Origin: Pelagomonas calceolata
Lineage: Eukaryota
DNA length: 64,000 bases
Assembly (NCBI GenBank): GCA_918797485.1
Contig: CAKKNE010000002.1
Location: 1,612,001-1,676,000, forward strand
Reading direction: 5' to 3'
Shown here: positions 11,504 to 21,035 of the stretch, one piece after another
Layout of the letters: each line of letters opens with the position of its first letter
How positions within the stretch are numbered: position 1 is the stretch's first letter
Notes under the pieces: model-generated
Seen by the model: only the letters and a program-made list of their open reading frames with translations
Databases searched by the model: none
Told to the model about the DNA's origin: nothing
Made by a program: the position numbers and the translations under genes

Positions 11504-13921
11504 ATGCCCGGCGTTCAGAGGGACGCGGGCGCGTGGGACAAATCCGACGCGGGAACCGACAGCGATACTGACAGCAGCGACGGCCGCGTCGTACGCGTGA
11601 ACATGGGCGACGCCAGCGACGACGAGGCAACGCCGGACGAGTACCGCTGGCTCGGCGACGAGCACGAGGACCTCGGCCGGGTTGATTCCGTGCCGGCTCG
11701 GCTCGACGGGATCGGCTGGACCGACGACGCCTTCCGCGCGGCGGCACTGCATGGCGAAGGCGACAGCAAGTTCCACGAGGTGCTGGGCCGCGCGGCGGAG
11801 GCCTCGCGGAGCTTGGACCCCTACGACCCGACGTGCCGGAGCTTCTACGTCCGCGTCGACGGCGTCGGTTTCACGAACTGGTCGAAGACGCACGGAATAG
11901 CGAAGCCGTACGACGGCGCCGTCCACGGCGCCTTCGTGAGCGCGGCGGCCGCGACGATGCGCCACTTCAGACAAAAGGGCCTGGGCGTCGTCGCCGCGTA
12001 CACGCAGAGCGACGAGGTCACGTTCCTGTGCGCGGGCCCGGCGGTGCTCGCGGGCGGCGCGTCGGACCCCAGTAGGCGGCTCCTCACGCTCTTCACGAGC
12101 GTCTTCTCGAAGCGCTTCGAGCAGGCGCTGCGCGCGACGAAGCCCGAGGCCGCCGCCGAGGCCTTCTTCGAGGCGCGCGTCGTTGCCGCGGCGACGCGGT
12201 CCGCCGGCATCCTGGCGCTGATCTGGCGCCGCCTCGACGCCACGCGCAACGCCTCGTCGCAGGCGCTGCGGCACCTGCACGGCGTCCGTGTCCAGCAGGA
12301 GCTCCCGCCCGTCGACGAGGCGCTGCTCGCCGACCTCACGGCCGGGGGCGTCCCCGAGATGCGCGCGCGGAGGGCCCTGATGGCGGGGAGCGCGACCGCG
12401 GACGCCGCTCGAGCCTGGCTCCGGAGCCACGCGGAGGGCATTGATGACCCGATCGAGATGATCGGCCGCCCCCACGCGCGGCAGCGGCTCTTGTTAGCGG
12501 AATGTGGCACGCCGTGGGACACGCTGCCGCCGGCGCTTCGGTACGGGACTTTACTCTTCGCCGGCGACGACCGCGGCCGCCACGTTCGGTTACGTGTGCC
12601 GCGCACGCGCGACGAGGCCGAGGCGCTTGAGCGCGCCATCTTCGACGAGCAGTCCTGGGACACTCTTGGCGACGCGCATCCGGAGGCGCCGGCCGCGGCC
12701 GCGGCGGGCCCGGCACGCGGCAGGCCCGTGCCAGCGGCGCGCCCGGCCCCAGCCGCGCCGGTTATTGGACCGGCGCCCCCCGCTGGCTTTGTCCGCGTCG
12801 ACCGGGGCTGTCCGGCCCTCGACCGAGAAGGCCGCGACGACCGGTGGTGCGACGCGGTGGAAACAAACCCGAGCCAGAACGCGTGGGGCCGCCTCGCCGA
12901 GCGCGTCGCCAACGAGTTCGCCGGCGTGCTGCTCTGGGCGAAACCGGTCCAGCCGGCAAGATCCGGCGATCCGTCGGCGGGTTGGCGCGTGGCGGTCCTG
13001 CGCCTCGAGCGCGTCGAGCCTGCCGGACCCACGCTCACGTTCGCCGTCGAGGGCGCGGGGTTCATCAGTCAACAGAAGGCGGCGAAACACGCGGCGGCGG
13101 CATCAGTGGCGCCCCTCCTCGACGCGGCGCTCGCCGCGGACCGGGCGAACGACGTGACGACCGCGCGGCAACGCGCGCGGCCGCTGAGCATCCTCGAGCG
13201 GCTGTCGCAGGCCCGCAGCTGGCCGGCGCCGGAACCTTCGGGAAGCGACGCGGTCACGTGGGGGCCCGAAGGCGCCGTGGCGCGCGCGCCAAGGTGCGCC
13301 AAGGGCGGCGGCGACAAGCTACAGCTCGCCGCGCTCGTCGCGCTGCGCTCGCTCGACCTGGACGCCGTCGCCGCGGCCCCGGTAGCACCCGCACCGCCGC
13401 CGCCGCCGCGCCCGCAAGAACAGTCGGTACCGCCACCGGCGCCCAGCGCGGCCGGCGGCCGCGTCCTCGACCTCGCGATCGCGATCTGCGGCGATACAAA
13501 CGCCGGTCGGCGGCGGGACCGAGGCGGCCGCGAGATGACGCGGGAAGAAGTCGACCAGCTCAAGAAACGCGTCGAGGGCCGGCGGGTGGCATGGGGTTCT
13601 CCGGGCAACACGTCGAGCGGCGTTGTCGAAGATGTTACTCTCATCGGCGCGGACTCGCTCAAGTTGTCTGGATTTTCCGGTCTGGACGTGACGGTGGCGA
13701 CCTACTACCGCCTCCAGGGCGACGGCGAGAAATGGGGCGTCCGCGCGGCCGTGAAGCACCTCGGCCACGACGACGACCGCGTCGCCGAGCTCCGGGCGGC
13801 CCTCGTCCGGCGGAAGCCGCTGGAGTACCAGTCCTTCCCGTGCCTCGTCGTGCGGCAGTCGCGGAAACAAAAAGTGCCGGACAACGTGCCCGTCGAGCTC
13901 GCGTCGCTCGTCGGCGCCTAG
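11504..13921 (+). CDS. Thg1-like 3'-5' polymerase fused to two dsRBD-like domains and a C-terminal PAZ domain
   Basis: Thg1: YVRVDG, KPYD, YTQSDEVTF, FEARV, WRRLDATRN, WDTLPPALRYGT. dsRBD-like: GAGFISQQKAAKHAAA and PLSILERLSQAR...LAALVALRSL. PAZ: LKKRVEGRRV...VTVATYY...LEYQSFPCLVV...VPVELASLV. Confidence 0.85.
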   Translation: MPGVQRDAGAWDKSDAGTDSDTDSSDGRVVRVNMGDASDDEATPDEYRWLGDEHEDLGRVDSVPARLDGIGWTDDAFRAAALHGEGDSKFHEVLGRAAEASRSLDPYDPTCRSFYVRVDGVGFTNWSKTHGIAKPYDGAVHGAFVSAAAATMRHFRQKGLGVVAAYTQSDEVTFLCAGPAVLAGGASDPSRRLLTLFTSVFSKRFEQALRATKPEAAAEAFFEARVVAAATRSAGILALIWRRLDATRNASSQALRHLHGVRVQQELPPVDEALLADLTAGGVPEMRARRALMAGSATADAARAWLRSHAEGIDDPIEMIGRPHARQRLLLAECGTPWDTLPPALRYGTLLFAGDDRGRHVRLRVPRTRDEAEALERAIFDEQSWDTLGDAHPEAPAAAAAGPARGRPVPAARPAPAAPVIGPAPPAGFVRVDRGCPALDREGRDDRWCDAVETNPSQNAWGRLAERVANEFAGVLLWAKPVQPARSGDPSAGWRVAVLRLERVEPAGPTLTFAVEGAGFISQQKAAKHAAAASVAPLLDAALAADRANDVTTARQRARPLSILERLSQARSWPAPEPSGSDAVTWGPEGAVARAPRCAKGGGDKLQLAALVALRSLDLDAVAAAPVAPAPPPPPRPQEQSVPPPAPSAAGGRVLDLAIAICGDTNAGRRRDRGGREMTREEVDQLKKRVEGRRVAWGSPGNTSSGVVEDVTLIGADSLKLSGFSGLDVTVATYYRLQGDGEKWGVRAAVKHLGHDDDRVAELRAALVRRKPLEYQSFPCLVVRQSRKQKVPDNVPVELASLVGA

Positions 13922-13953
13922 GTCGCGGCGCCATGTGTGTATGTTGCACTGTA

Positions 13954-15853
13954 CTAGGAATACTTATTCGGCGACGTAAATGAGGGAGGCGCGTGGAAGG
14001 ACTCCTTGAAGGCCACATATCTCGATAAGTCCGAAGCCAGCGCGCTTTCGTCTCGCAACTCCGCCTCGGACTTCGCGTTGTTGTAGTCGACGCACGCTTG
14101 CGCGACGACGCGTTCACACAACCTTTCCAGATAATGCGATGCCATGGCGTCGTCCATGGTGCACAAGACGGGCAACCGTCCTTGATGGGTCGTCTTCGCG
14201 CCGCCGCCGCCCCGAACCTTGGCTAGGAACGTTATGGTAAATTCGTCGCCACGTCTCTGCGTCTCGACTTCCACTTCTAAAGGTAGATTCGGCTTCCCAC
14301 TCGCATCACAAGCCTTCAGGTCGTCTCTCCTTACTAAATGGCGGGCCTCTCCCGCTTTACTGACGGGCACGGGCTCGCTCTTTTTGAGGGGAAACCGCCC
14401 GACCGTGTAGGGCGTGTCGTAGTCGCGGTCCAGGAAGTCGCGGTCGATGATCGGCTCGGGCAGCGGCGTCACGGGTCTCGTATTGGGCGTCCGCACCCTT
14501 CTAGGTTCCGCACCTGGTTGATCGTAGTCTGAATCGTCTTCGTCAAATCCTGTGTGGGAACGACACCGTCACGAAACTGTCTCCGTTCACTCACGAGGCG
14601 CGTAGACGCCCATGCGGTCGCATCGACGGCGTCACGGTGGCATCGCATCGCGTTGACGCCATCGACGCGAAGTTCAAGTTGAGAAATTGAAGGAAACAGA
14701 CGCTGAGTCAGCACCATCGTCCCCATAATTCTCGTCGGGGTGGAAGCCGTCGTCGCCCCTCACCTCCGAGGCCGTACCTCGTCCTCTACCAACCGTCGTG
14801 CCCGGCCTTCCTTCGTGAAAGCGTTTTTTCGGTTTTGTGGTTCCGGGCCGCGCCGCGGGACCCTCAAAATCAAAACCCGCGGGCATCTCGAAGTCGTCGT
14901 CGGCGTACTCGTCTTCACTTTCTGTTTCTCCTTTCAGTCTAGCCTTCATCTTGGCCAGTCGTCGCGTCTTGCCCGAGGCCAATGCAGCTAAATCGCGATC
15001 CCTCTGCACCAACCGATGCTTCGCTCTTTCCACGGCTAACCGGACCTTCGCTTCTCTCTCCGGAGTCGTCCGGGCTCTTCGTTTACACCACGCGTCCCTC
15101 GCCCTCGATATTTCCGACATCGACGGCTCCGGTTCCAAGGCAGCGCACTTCGACTTTTGGTCGAGCAGCGAAAAGTCCTTCATGTGCCGCTTCAGGAACA
15201 CCAACTGGTCCATGCGATCCTTGTCCCACTGCTTCGACGAGTAGCAGGGGTTGAGCTTCCGGAGCCGTTCGGCGTGGTACGCGTTCGCCGCGTTGATGCG
15301 CCGTTGTTCTCTTTTCGCGCCGATGATGTTCTTACTATTCGAGATCTTGTGTTCCACCGCCGCCACTTCAAATTCGGTGGGCGTCGAAATAATGCTAGCG
15401 AACCTTTTTATCAACCCGACGTTCGCGCTCCGGATCTCCCTTTGTCTTTCGTTGTGGGCGGCCTTCTTCTTGGCCCCGTAGGTTTTGGAACCAAATCTCA
15501 GGTGTTCGTGCGTCGCCGAGTAGGGGAGCCTGCGCGGAGCATTTCTGTCAAGAATGGCCTCAAAGTCGAAAAAGAAACGACCCACGACCTCGTCTCATGG
15601 ACACGAGTCACATCAACAAAGTGAAGGCGCCTCCACACCTCAAAACGCGGAGATCGCACGTGTGGTCCGTGCCCTTCTTGTCGGAGCCCGGTTTGCGATG
15701 CGCGGTCTGCTCGAGCGTCTTTCGGTGTTTGCTGTAGAGTCGGTTCGAGGCCTGGACCCTCCCATCGATGCGCATGACGGGCTTCGGCGCCTTGAGGAGC
15801 TTCTCGTACTGGTCCCGCACGGACGTCGGGCGCTCCTTGGCGGCGGCGCCCAT
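13954..15853 (-). CDS. CFAP97/Hemingway-domain ciliary protein, two introns
   Basis: RQREIRSANVGLIKRFASI, REQRRINAAN...RLRKLNPCYSSKQW; intron 14550-14714 plus one at about 15546-15660; start codon uncertain. Confidence 0.6.
14550..14714 (-). mobile_element. Introner-like intron, family B
   Basis: gtgctgactcagcg...cccacacag; phase 1, restores frame; homologous to 8609-8774. Confidence 0.8.
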
Positions 15854-16208
15854 GGTGGCTGGCTGCCCGCGCGGGCGGTCCGTGGGCTTGGCGTGGGCCT
15901 CGGCGCGGGCTTCGGGCACCCGCGGGCAGCCGGTGCTTGGCTCCTGGTGCGGCTGTGCTGCGGCTTTTGGCGCGGCGTTGAGAGCGCCTCCACTGCCTCC
16001 GCTAGAGGGGCGCCGTCGTCGGAAGGATGCCTGCCCTTGCCGAGGGATGTCCTCGCTCTCGACGGGTCCGCGGGGAAGCCTGATACCGACAAAACCCCGC
16101 ACGTCGACCGCGCGCGGCCGGCCTGACATACCTCGTGCCTGCTCGACGGGATATGTTACTGGCTATGGCCCGTCGATGGGTCAACGGAGTTTTCACATGC
16201 TTCTTATT

Positions 16209-19200
16209 TCACATGAACGGGAGCTTGCCGTCCAATAGGGCGGGGTGGAACGGGAAGTCGTCGCCGACCCCCGGCGCCTCCTCACCGTTCTTGATGACCA
16301 GGCGCTTCGCGTCGCAGACCAGCGACGCCATGTAGGAGAGGGCGGGCAGCTTGACCGCGCGGTTGGCCTTCGGGTAGGCGTACGCGAGCGCCGCGACGAT
16401 GCTCATGAGGACGTCGGGCGGGCACTGGGCCTCGTTGAGGATGACGCGGCAGTGCTGCAGGTTGTTGCAGCCCTGGATCCCGGCGTACGTGTTCACGAAG
16501 AACTCGTGCGCCGTCGGGTGCGTCAGGCCCGAGTCGACGAAGAGCGACGGCGGCACGTTCATGGAGCGGTCGTTGTCGGTGCCCGACTCGCGGCTCGGGA
16601 AGACGCGGACCCGGCTCTTGGTCATCGGGCAGTAGGTCAGATGCACCTCGCCGTCGAAATGCGCGGACGCTTTCTCGCGGATCCGACGCTTGATCGCCGC
16701 CGGCTCGAGCTCCAGCATCCGGCGATGGTCCTCGCCCGCGAACGCGCCCGTGCGGAACGCGACGACGAGCTGCGGTGGACCATTAATTTCTGCGAACTGG
16801 CTTAGCACGTCGCAGACGGCGAGGCCGATCACATCCGCGAGGTGCTCGTCCAGGCGCGCGTCCAGGGGCGCGACGCGCGACGCGAACCGGAACTGCGACA
16901 TGAGTTTGTCGACGGTGCAGGCCGCCGTGACCATCGAGGGGATCGCCGAGTCGTAGGCGCCGGCGAGCGTGACGTGCACGGCGACGAGGGCCGTCGGCGC
17001 CGCGCCCGTCCACGGGTGGAAGTCCACCGGCGGCTCGCCGTTCGGCCTCGCGGACTCCGCGGAGACGACGGCCCGGTTCACGCCGCCGAACTTGGCGTTG
17101 ATCTTGGCGGCGATCGCGCGGACGATGTCCCGGTACCGCGCTGATCCCGCCGTCTTCAGCGACTCGACGGTGACGCACGACGTCATGACGCCCGTCTGGT
17201 GCTGGAACCGCTTGATCACACCGTAGTCGTTCTCGCTCAGGGACGCCTGGGTTTTCTTGATGACGGCCAGTACGAGGTCCGGCTTGGCGACGCCGCAGCG
17301 CTGGCAGGCTCCATACACCTCGTGGGTCACGTCGCCAACAGAGGAATCCGGCCGGACGACCGCCACCAACACCGGGCCGGGGCCGCCCCGCCCCGACGGG
17401 TCGAACGGGTCGCCGAGCTGGATGTCGATGTCCCTGCACGCGCGGCGGAGTTCGTCCACGTAGTTCCTGACGGCGTCGGGCGACGCGCGGCCGCCGCCCA
17501 TGTCGAGGACCAGGACGTTCCGGTGCTCGGGCGCCGCGACGCGGAAGACCTGGTTCTCTTGTCTCCACTCGCCGAGCTTGTGCCCCCCGAGCTGGAGGAC
17601 GCGTCCTCGGTTCCGCGCGAAGAGAAGCGGCGCCGGAAAAATCTTGGCGACGACGGCGAGCGATCGCGGCGCGAGCTGGAGCCCGATCGCCGCGAGGGCC
17701 GGCGACGACGTGATGCGGCTCCGCGCGACGTGGTCGACGATCTGCCCGTGTCGCGCGGAAGGCCGCACGGAGAGCAACCTGATGATTTCGTCGGCCATGT
17801 TGATGCCGCGCGCGTGCTGGCCCTCCTCGAGCCGCAGGCGCTCGGCCGGGATGTAGATGACCTTCTCGATCTTCTTGCCGTCAGCGTCGCGCTTGGGCTG
17901 GCGCCGCTTAAGGCCGTCCTCGCCCATGACCTCTACGTACTCGAGGCCCGCGTCGATGCGGATGACGGGGTGGTGCGGAAACCGTAACGGGTGGCCCTTG
18001 CGCTCCTGGTACGTGGCGATGGAGATGGTCTCGCCGTTGCGCTCGAAGGTCATGTCGCTGGCCGACGTGGCGACGAGGCGGCCCTTGTCCTTGAAGTTCT
18101 TGCGCGAGATCTCCGCGAACTCGTCGGCCCCGCCGAAGTCCTTCCGCAGGATCGTGACGTTCTTGCGGTGCAGCAGCTGCTTGAGCTTCTCTACGTCTTT
18201 CGGCGAGCGCGGGCCCCGCTCGCCGAAGAGCGCGATGATCAGGTCCGCGACGGTGGAGAGAGCGCCCGGCGTGCGCACCGCTGCCTTCGCCACGAGGTCG
18301 ACCGCGAGGCACATGCCCGCCTCGCAGTTGCGCACCCCCACGTCGACGCCGAGGAGGATGTCCAGGCCGCCCTCCCGGCAGCGCACCGGCTCGCCCTGGA
18401 CCAGGTACGTGCCGCTGCCGAGGTCCCAGTACCCGTTCTGCGTCATGTGCGCCTTGATCGCGAGGTCGATGATGGTCGAGAAGTGGTGCCGCTCGCCCGT
18501 GCAGGCGTCCACGAGCTCGCCGCTCGCCGTCCGCGCCACGTCGACGGCGGTGCTCCGGAGCGCCTCGGCCACGTCGATGGTGGTGGCCGCCTGCAGCTGC
18601 ACGCGCCACCGGCGCCACGGCTTGCCGGCCACGGGCGCGACCACGACGCCCGACGCGGACATGTGCGGCTCGAGCCGCCCGCACGCGTAGAGCATCCGCG
18701 CGCCGTCCGAGAAGACCTGGACGCGCGCCTGTTCGCCCACGGCGCGCATCGCCTCGAGCGTCCGCCGCTTCTGCGTCTCGGAGGGCTTGCGCGTGCCATC
18801 GGCGAGGACCTCCTCGGGCCGGGCGCCCGCGCCCGCGGGCGCGGCGACCACCGGGGGCGGGGGCGCCGGCGCGGCGTCCGGCGCGGCCGGCGCGGCGTCG
18901 CCGTCGGCCACGAACTCCTTCTTCAGGTGCCGGACGTGATAAACCCAGATCGTGTCCGTGGCGGCGCCGGGCGCCGGTACGAGGCGCCAGACGTTCGTAG
19001 CCACCGGCGCTTCTCTATAAGGCACCCCCAAAGACGGACCCCGCGGCTCGATCCATCCGCCGCCGACGGTGAGCGCCGAGAGTCGATCTTCGAGCGACCC
19101 GCCCGGCTCCACCGTGGACAGCTGCCGCTCCTCCGTGCCGACAATATCGTGGTTGTCGATCGGTATCAGCTCGCCTCGACCGCGGCCGCGGCCTCCACCG

Positions 19201-19313
19201 CCGCGGCCTCCGCCGCGGCCTCCTCGGCCGCGGCCGTCGAACGGGCGCCGCCCGCCGCCGTAACCGCCGCCGCCCTCGTGCGGCCGGCGCCTGCCGCCGG
19301 CGCCGCCGTACAT
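16209..19313 (-). CDS. AGO: Argonaute protein (RG-rich N-terminus, PAZ, MID, PIWI), predicted slicer-inactive
   Basis: PAZ ISIATYQ...LRFPHHP...YIPAE.L.L..GQ; MID YGVIKR...TSCV...KINAKFGGVN; PIWI NVPPSLFVDSGLTHP...EFF...GIQG...LAYAYPKANRAVKLPA. Confidence 0.93.
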   Translation of the reverse strand: MYGGAGGRRRPHEGGGGYGGGRRPFDGRGRGGRGGGRGGGGRGRGRGELIPIDNHDIVGTEERQLSTVEPGGSLEDRLSALTVGGGWIEPRGPSLGVPYREAPVATNVWRLVPAPGAATDTIWVYHVRHLKKEFVADGDAAPAAPDAAPAPPPPVVAAPAGAGARPEEVLADGTRKPSETQKRRTLEAMRAVGEQARVQVFSDGARMLYACGRLEPHMSASGVVVAPVAGKPWRRWRVQLQAATTIDVAEALRSTAVDVARTASGELVDACTGERHHFSTIIDLAIKAHMTQNGYWDLGSGTYLVQGEPVRCREGGLDILLGVDVGVRNCEAGMCLAVDLVAKAAVRTPGALSTVADLIIALFGERGPRSPKDVEKLKQLLHRKNVTILRKDFGGADEFAEISRKNFKDKGRLVATSASDMTFERNGETISIATYQERKGHPLRFPHHPVIRIDAGLEYVEVMGEDGLKRRQPKRDADGKKIEKVIYIPAERLRLEEGQHARGINMADEIIRLLSVRPSARHGQIVDHVARSRITSSPALAAIGLQLAPRSLAVVAKIFPAPLLFARNRGRVLQLGGHKLGEWRQENQVFRVAAPEHRNVLVLDMGGGRASPDAVRNYVDELRRACRDIDIQLGDPFDPSGRGGPGPVLVAVVRPDSSVGDVTHEVYGACQRCGVAKPDLVLAVIKKTQASLSENDYGVIKRFQHQTGVMTSCVTVESLKTAGSARYRDIVRAIAAKINAKFGGVNRAVVSAESARPNGEPPVDFHPWTGAAPTALVAVHVTLAGAYDSAIPSMVTAACTVDKLMSQFRFASRVAPLDARLDEHLADVIGLAVCDVLSQFAEINGPPQLVVAFRTGAFAGEDHRRMLELEPAAIKRRIREKASAHFDGEVHLTYCPMTKSRVRVFPSRESGTDNDRSMNVPPSLFVDSGLTHPTAHEFFVNTYAGIQGCNNLQHCRVILNEAQCPPDVLMSIVAALAYAYPKANRAVKLPALSYMASLVCDAKRLVIKNGEEAPGVGDDFPFHPALLDGKLPFM

Positions 19314-19478
19314 GCTACTGGACTCCGTGTGCTACTTAGTGCACCCTCTCTGTAGCCTCTGCAGGCTGCGTAAAAAACGTGCCAGCTCGACCAATCGCAG
19401 GAGCTGCACTGCGGTTCTGCTTGCACGACTTCCGGAAGCTCCTGTGCTGGCGGAAGGCAACTGAGCGCAATTTGAGGG

Positions 19479-19501
19479 CTAGCGGCATGTAAGACACTAG
19501 C
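19479..19501 (+). promoter_or_regulatory. Promoter-proximal CTAG motif (copy 3), upstream of AGO
   Basis: ctagcggcatgtaagacactagc. Confidence 0.65.
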
Positions 19502-19732
19502 GCACAAATCCGCACGCAGGCTCTAGAGCCCTTCAAACGCTAGCAAACTAGTAGCTTTGAAGACAACCTCCGCCGGAATCCACCGGCTAGATGGCGAGCG
19601 CTCTCAGGTCCGAGAGCTTCGCCGTGTTCCCACTGAGCCCCGGCTGCCGGGTAAGGTATCGTTATGGTACTTATACCTCGGCAGTAGGGGGTCAGGAGCC
19701 TGAATCCGCACGGAAGGATACAAACAGACAAA

Positions 19733-20527
19733 TTAGCCAGGCGGTGGCGGCGGAGCCGTCGGCGGCGGCGGCGACGCCGTCCGCTGCGCCGCCTCGGGAT
19801 CCAACTTCGCGAGCGCGGAGTCCTGCGCGTCGCGCAGTACGGGGTGCGCCAGCAGCAGGAGGAGGTAGGACTTGAGCTTCTCCTGCGAGCGCGTCGTCTC
19901 CATGACGTAGGAGCTCCGGTGCACCAGGAGCTTCCGGAGCGTGTCGTAGACGGCCTGGACGTCGCGGACCGGAGGCGCCGCATTCTCGTGCAGGTAGATC
20001 GCGTCCAGGAAGAAGTCTCCCTTGTTTTTTAGTTCGAACTCGCCGGTCGCCACCGGTACGGCCCGGCTTCGACCGAAGACCACCAAACATCGGTCGACGG
20101 CGCCGTCCGGCCGCGCCGTCCCAAAGGCAGCGCCCAGCACGTTGTATAAACTAGAGAAGTCGAAGGGCGCGTCGGCGACGCCGTCGTCCTCCTCCTCGAA
20201 GGCGTCACGGCGCCGCGGCTGCGCCACGCTGTTCAGCGTCGCGAGCATGATATCGCGCTCCGTCGGCGCGAGGAGCAGTTCCGCCTCGGCGTCGCGCAGC
20301 ACGACGAGGCCCCACTGCGTCGTAGCAGTTGATAAGCTGGACTTCTGCGTGATCCACGTCCGCAGCGCCGGCAGCACGACGGCGAGGCGCGTCGGGCCGT
20401 CGGGCCGCCGCGCGTCGAAGGCGTCGTGCATCTCGAGCCCGACGTCGAGCGCGACGCAGATGCGCTCGACCGTGCCGCCCTGTTCCGCCTTGCGGCAGTA
20501 GGCGTCGAAGCCGTGCGAGGACGGCAT
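19733..20527 (-). CDS. BABAM1: BRISC/BRCA1-A complex member 1 (MERIT40)-like vWA protein
   Basis: ERICVALD, FDFSSL, RCLVVFGRS, FFLDAIYLHE, LLAHPVLR. Confidence 0.8.
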   Translation of the reverse strand: MPSSHGFDAYCRKAEQGGTVERICVALDVGLEMHDAFDARRPDGPTRLAVVLPALRTWITQKSSLSTATTQWGLVVLRDAEAELLLAPTERDIMLATLNSVAQPRRRDAFEEEDDGVADAPFDFSSLYNVLGAAFGTARPDGAVDRCLVVFGRSRAVPVATGEFELKNKGDFFLDAIYLHENAAPPVRDVQAVYDTLRKLLVHRSSYVMETTRSQEKLKSYLLLLLAHPVLRDAQDSALAKLDPEAAQRTASPPPPTAPPPPPG

Positions 20528-20699
20528 TTGTCGTGCGAATGCTCTCCTGCCTAGCAAGCACTGAAACGCCTCCGGGGATTGCGCACAAACTTTTGTGGGG
20601 AAACTGGCCACTCTCAGGATCACTGCCAGCTCGTTTGTTAGCAGCAGTTGCCCACGGGAGGGCGAGACAAGGCAGTCCCTCGATTAACAATGGCCCTAG

Positions 20700-20722
20700 C
20701 TAGCGGCCTGTAAGACACTAGC
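20700..20722 (+). promoter_or_regulatory. Promoter-proximal CTAG motif (copy 4)
   Basis: ctagcggcctgtaagacactagc between divergent genes. Confidence 0.65.
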
Positions 20723-21035
20723 AAGACAAACCAAAACTCGGCCGCGCAGTTTGAGCTGTGCGCGACCTAGGCTTCTCCTAGCGCCAGGAGTAGTGTACTA
20801 GGGGCCCGGCAGTCTGCAGAGGCGCTTGCGCTTGCCGACCGCGTCGCGGGGACAGCTCGCATTCAAAACGGAGAGCAAAACCGCGGGGCGCTCTGGACGG
20901 CGCGCGAGGCCCTGACGCCGAACGCGTACACGGTAGCAGCACCGTAGCAGCGTTGCCGGACAGCCGCGCGTCCAAAAAGGAGACAAAACCGCTCAGGAGC
21001 CGCGGACACCCGACGCCGCACGTAACAACACTAAG

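Noticed and set aside
11504..12560. Calling the Thg1 gene the ordinary tRNA-His guanylyltransferase
   Set aside because: It is divergent and carries about 450 extra aa of RNA-binding domains; a housekeeping role is not excluded but is not supported
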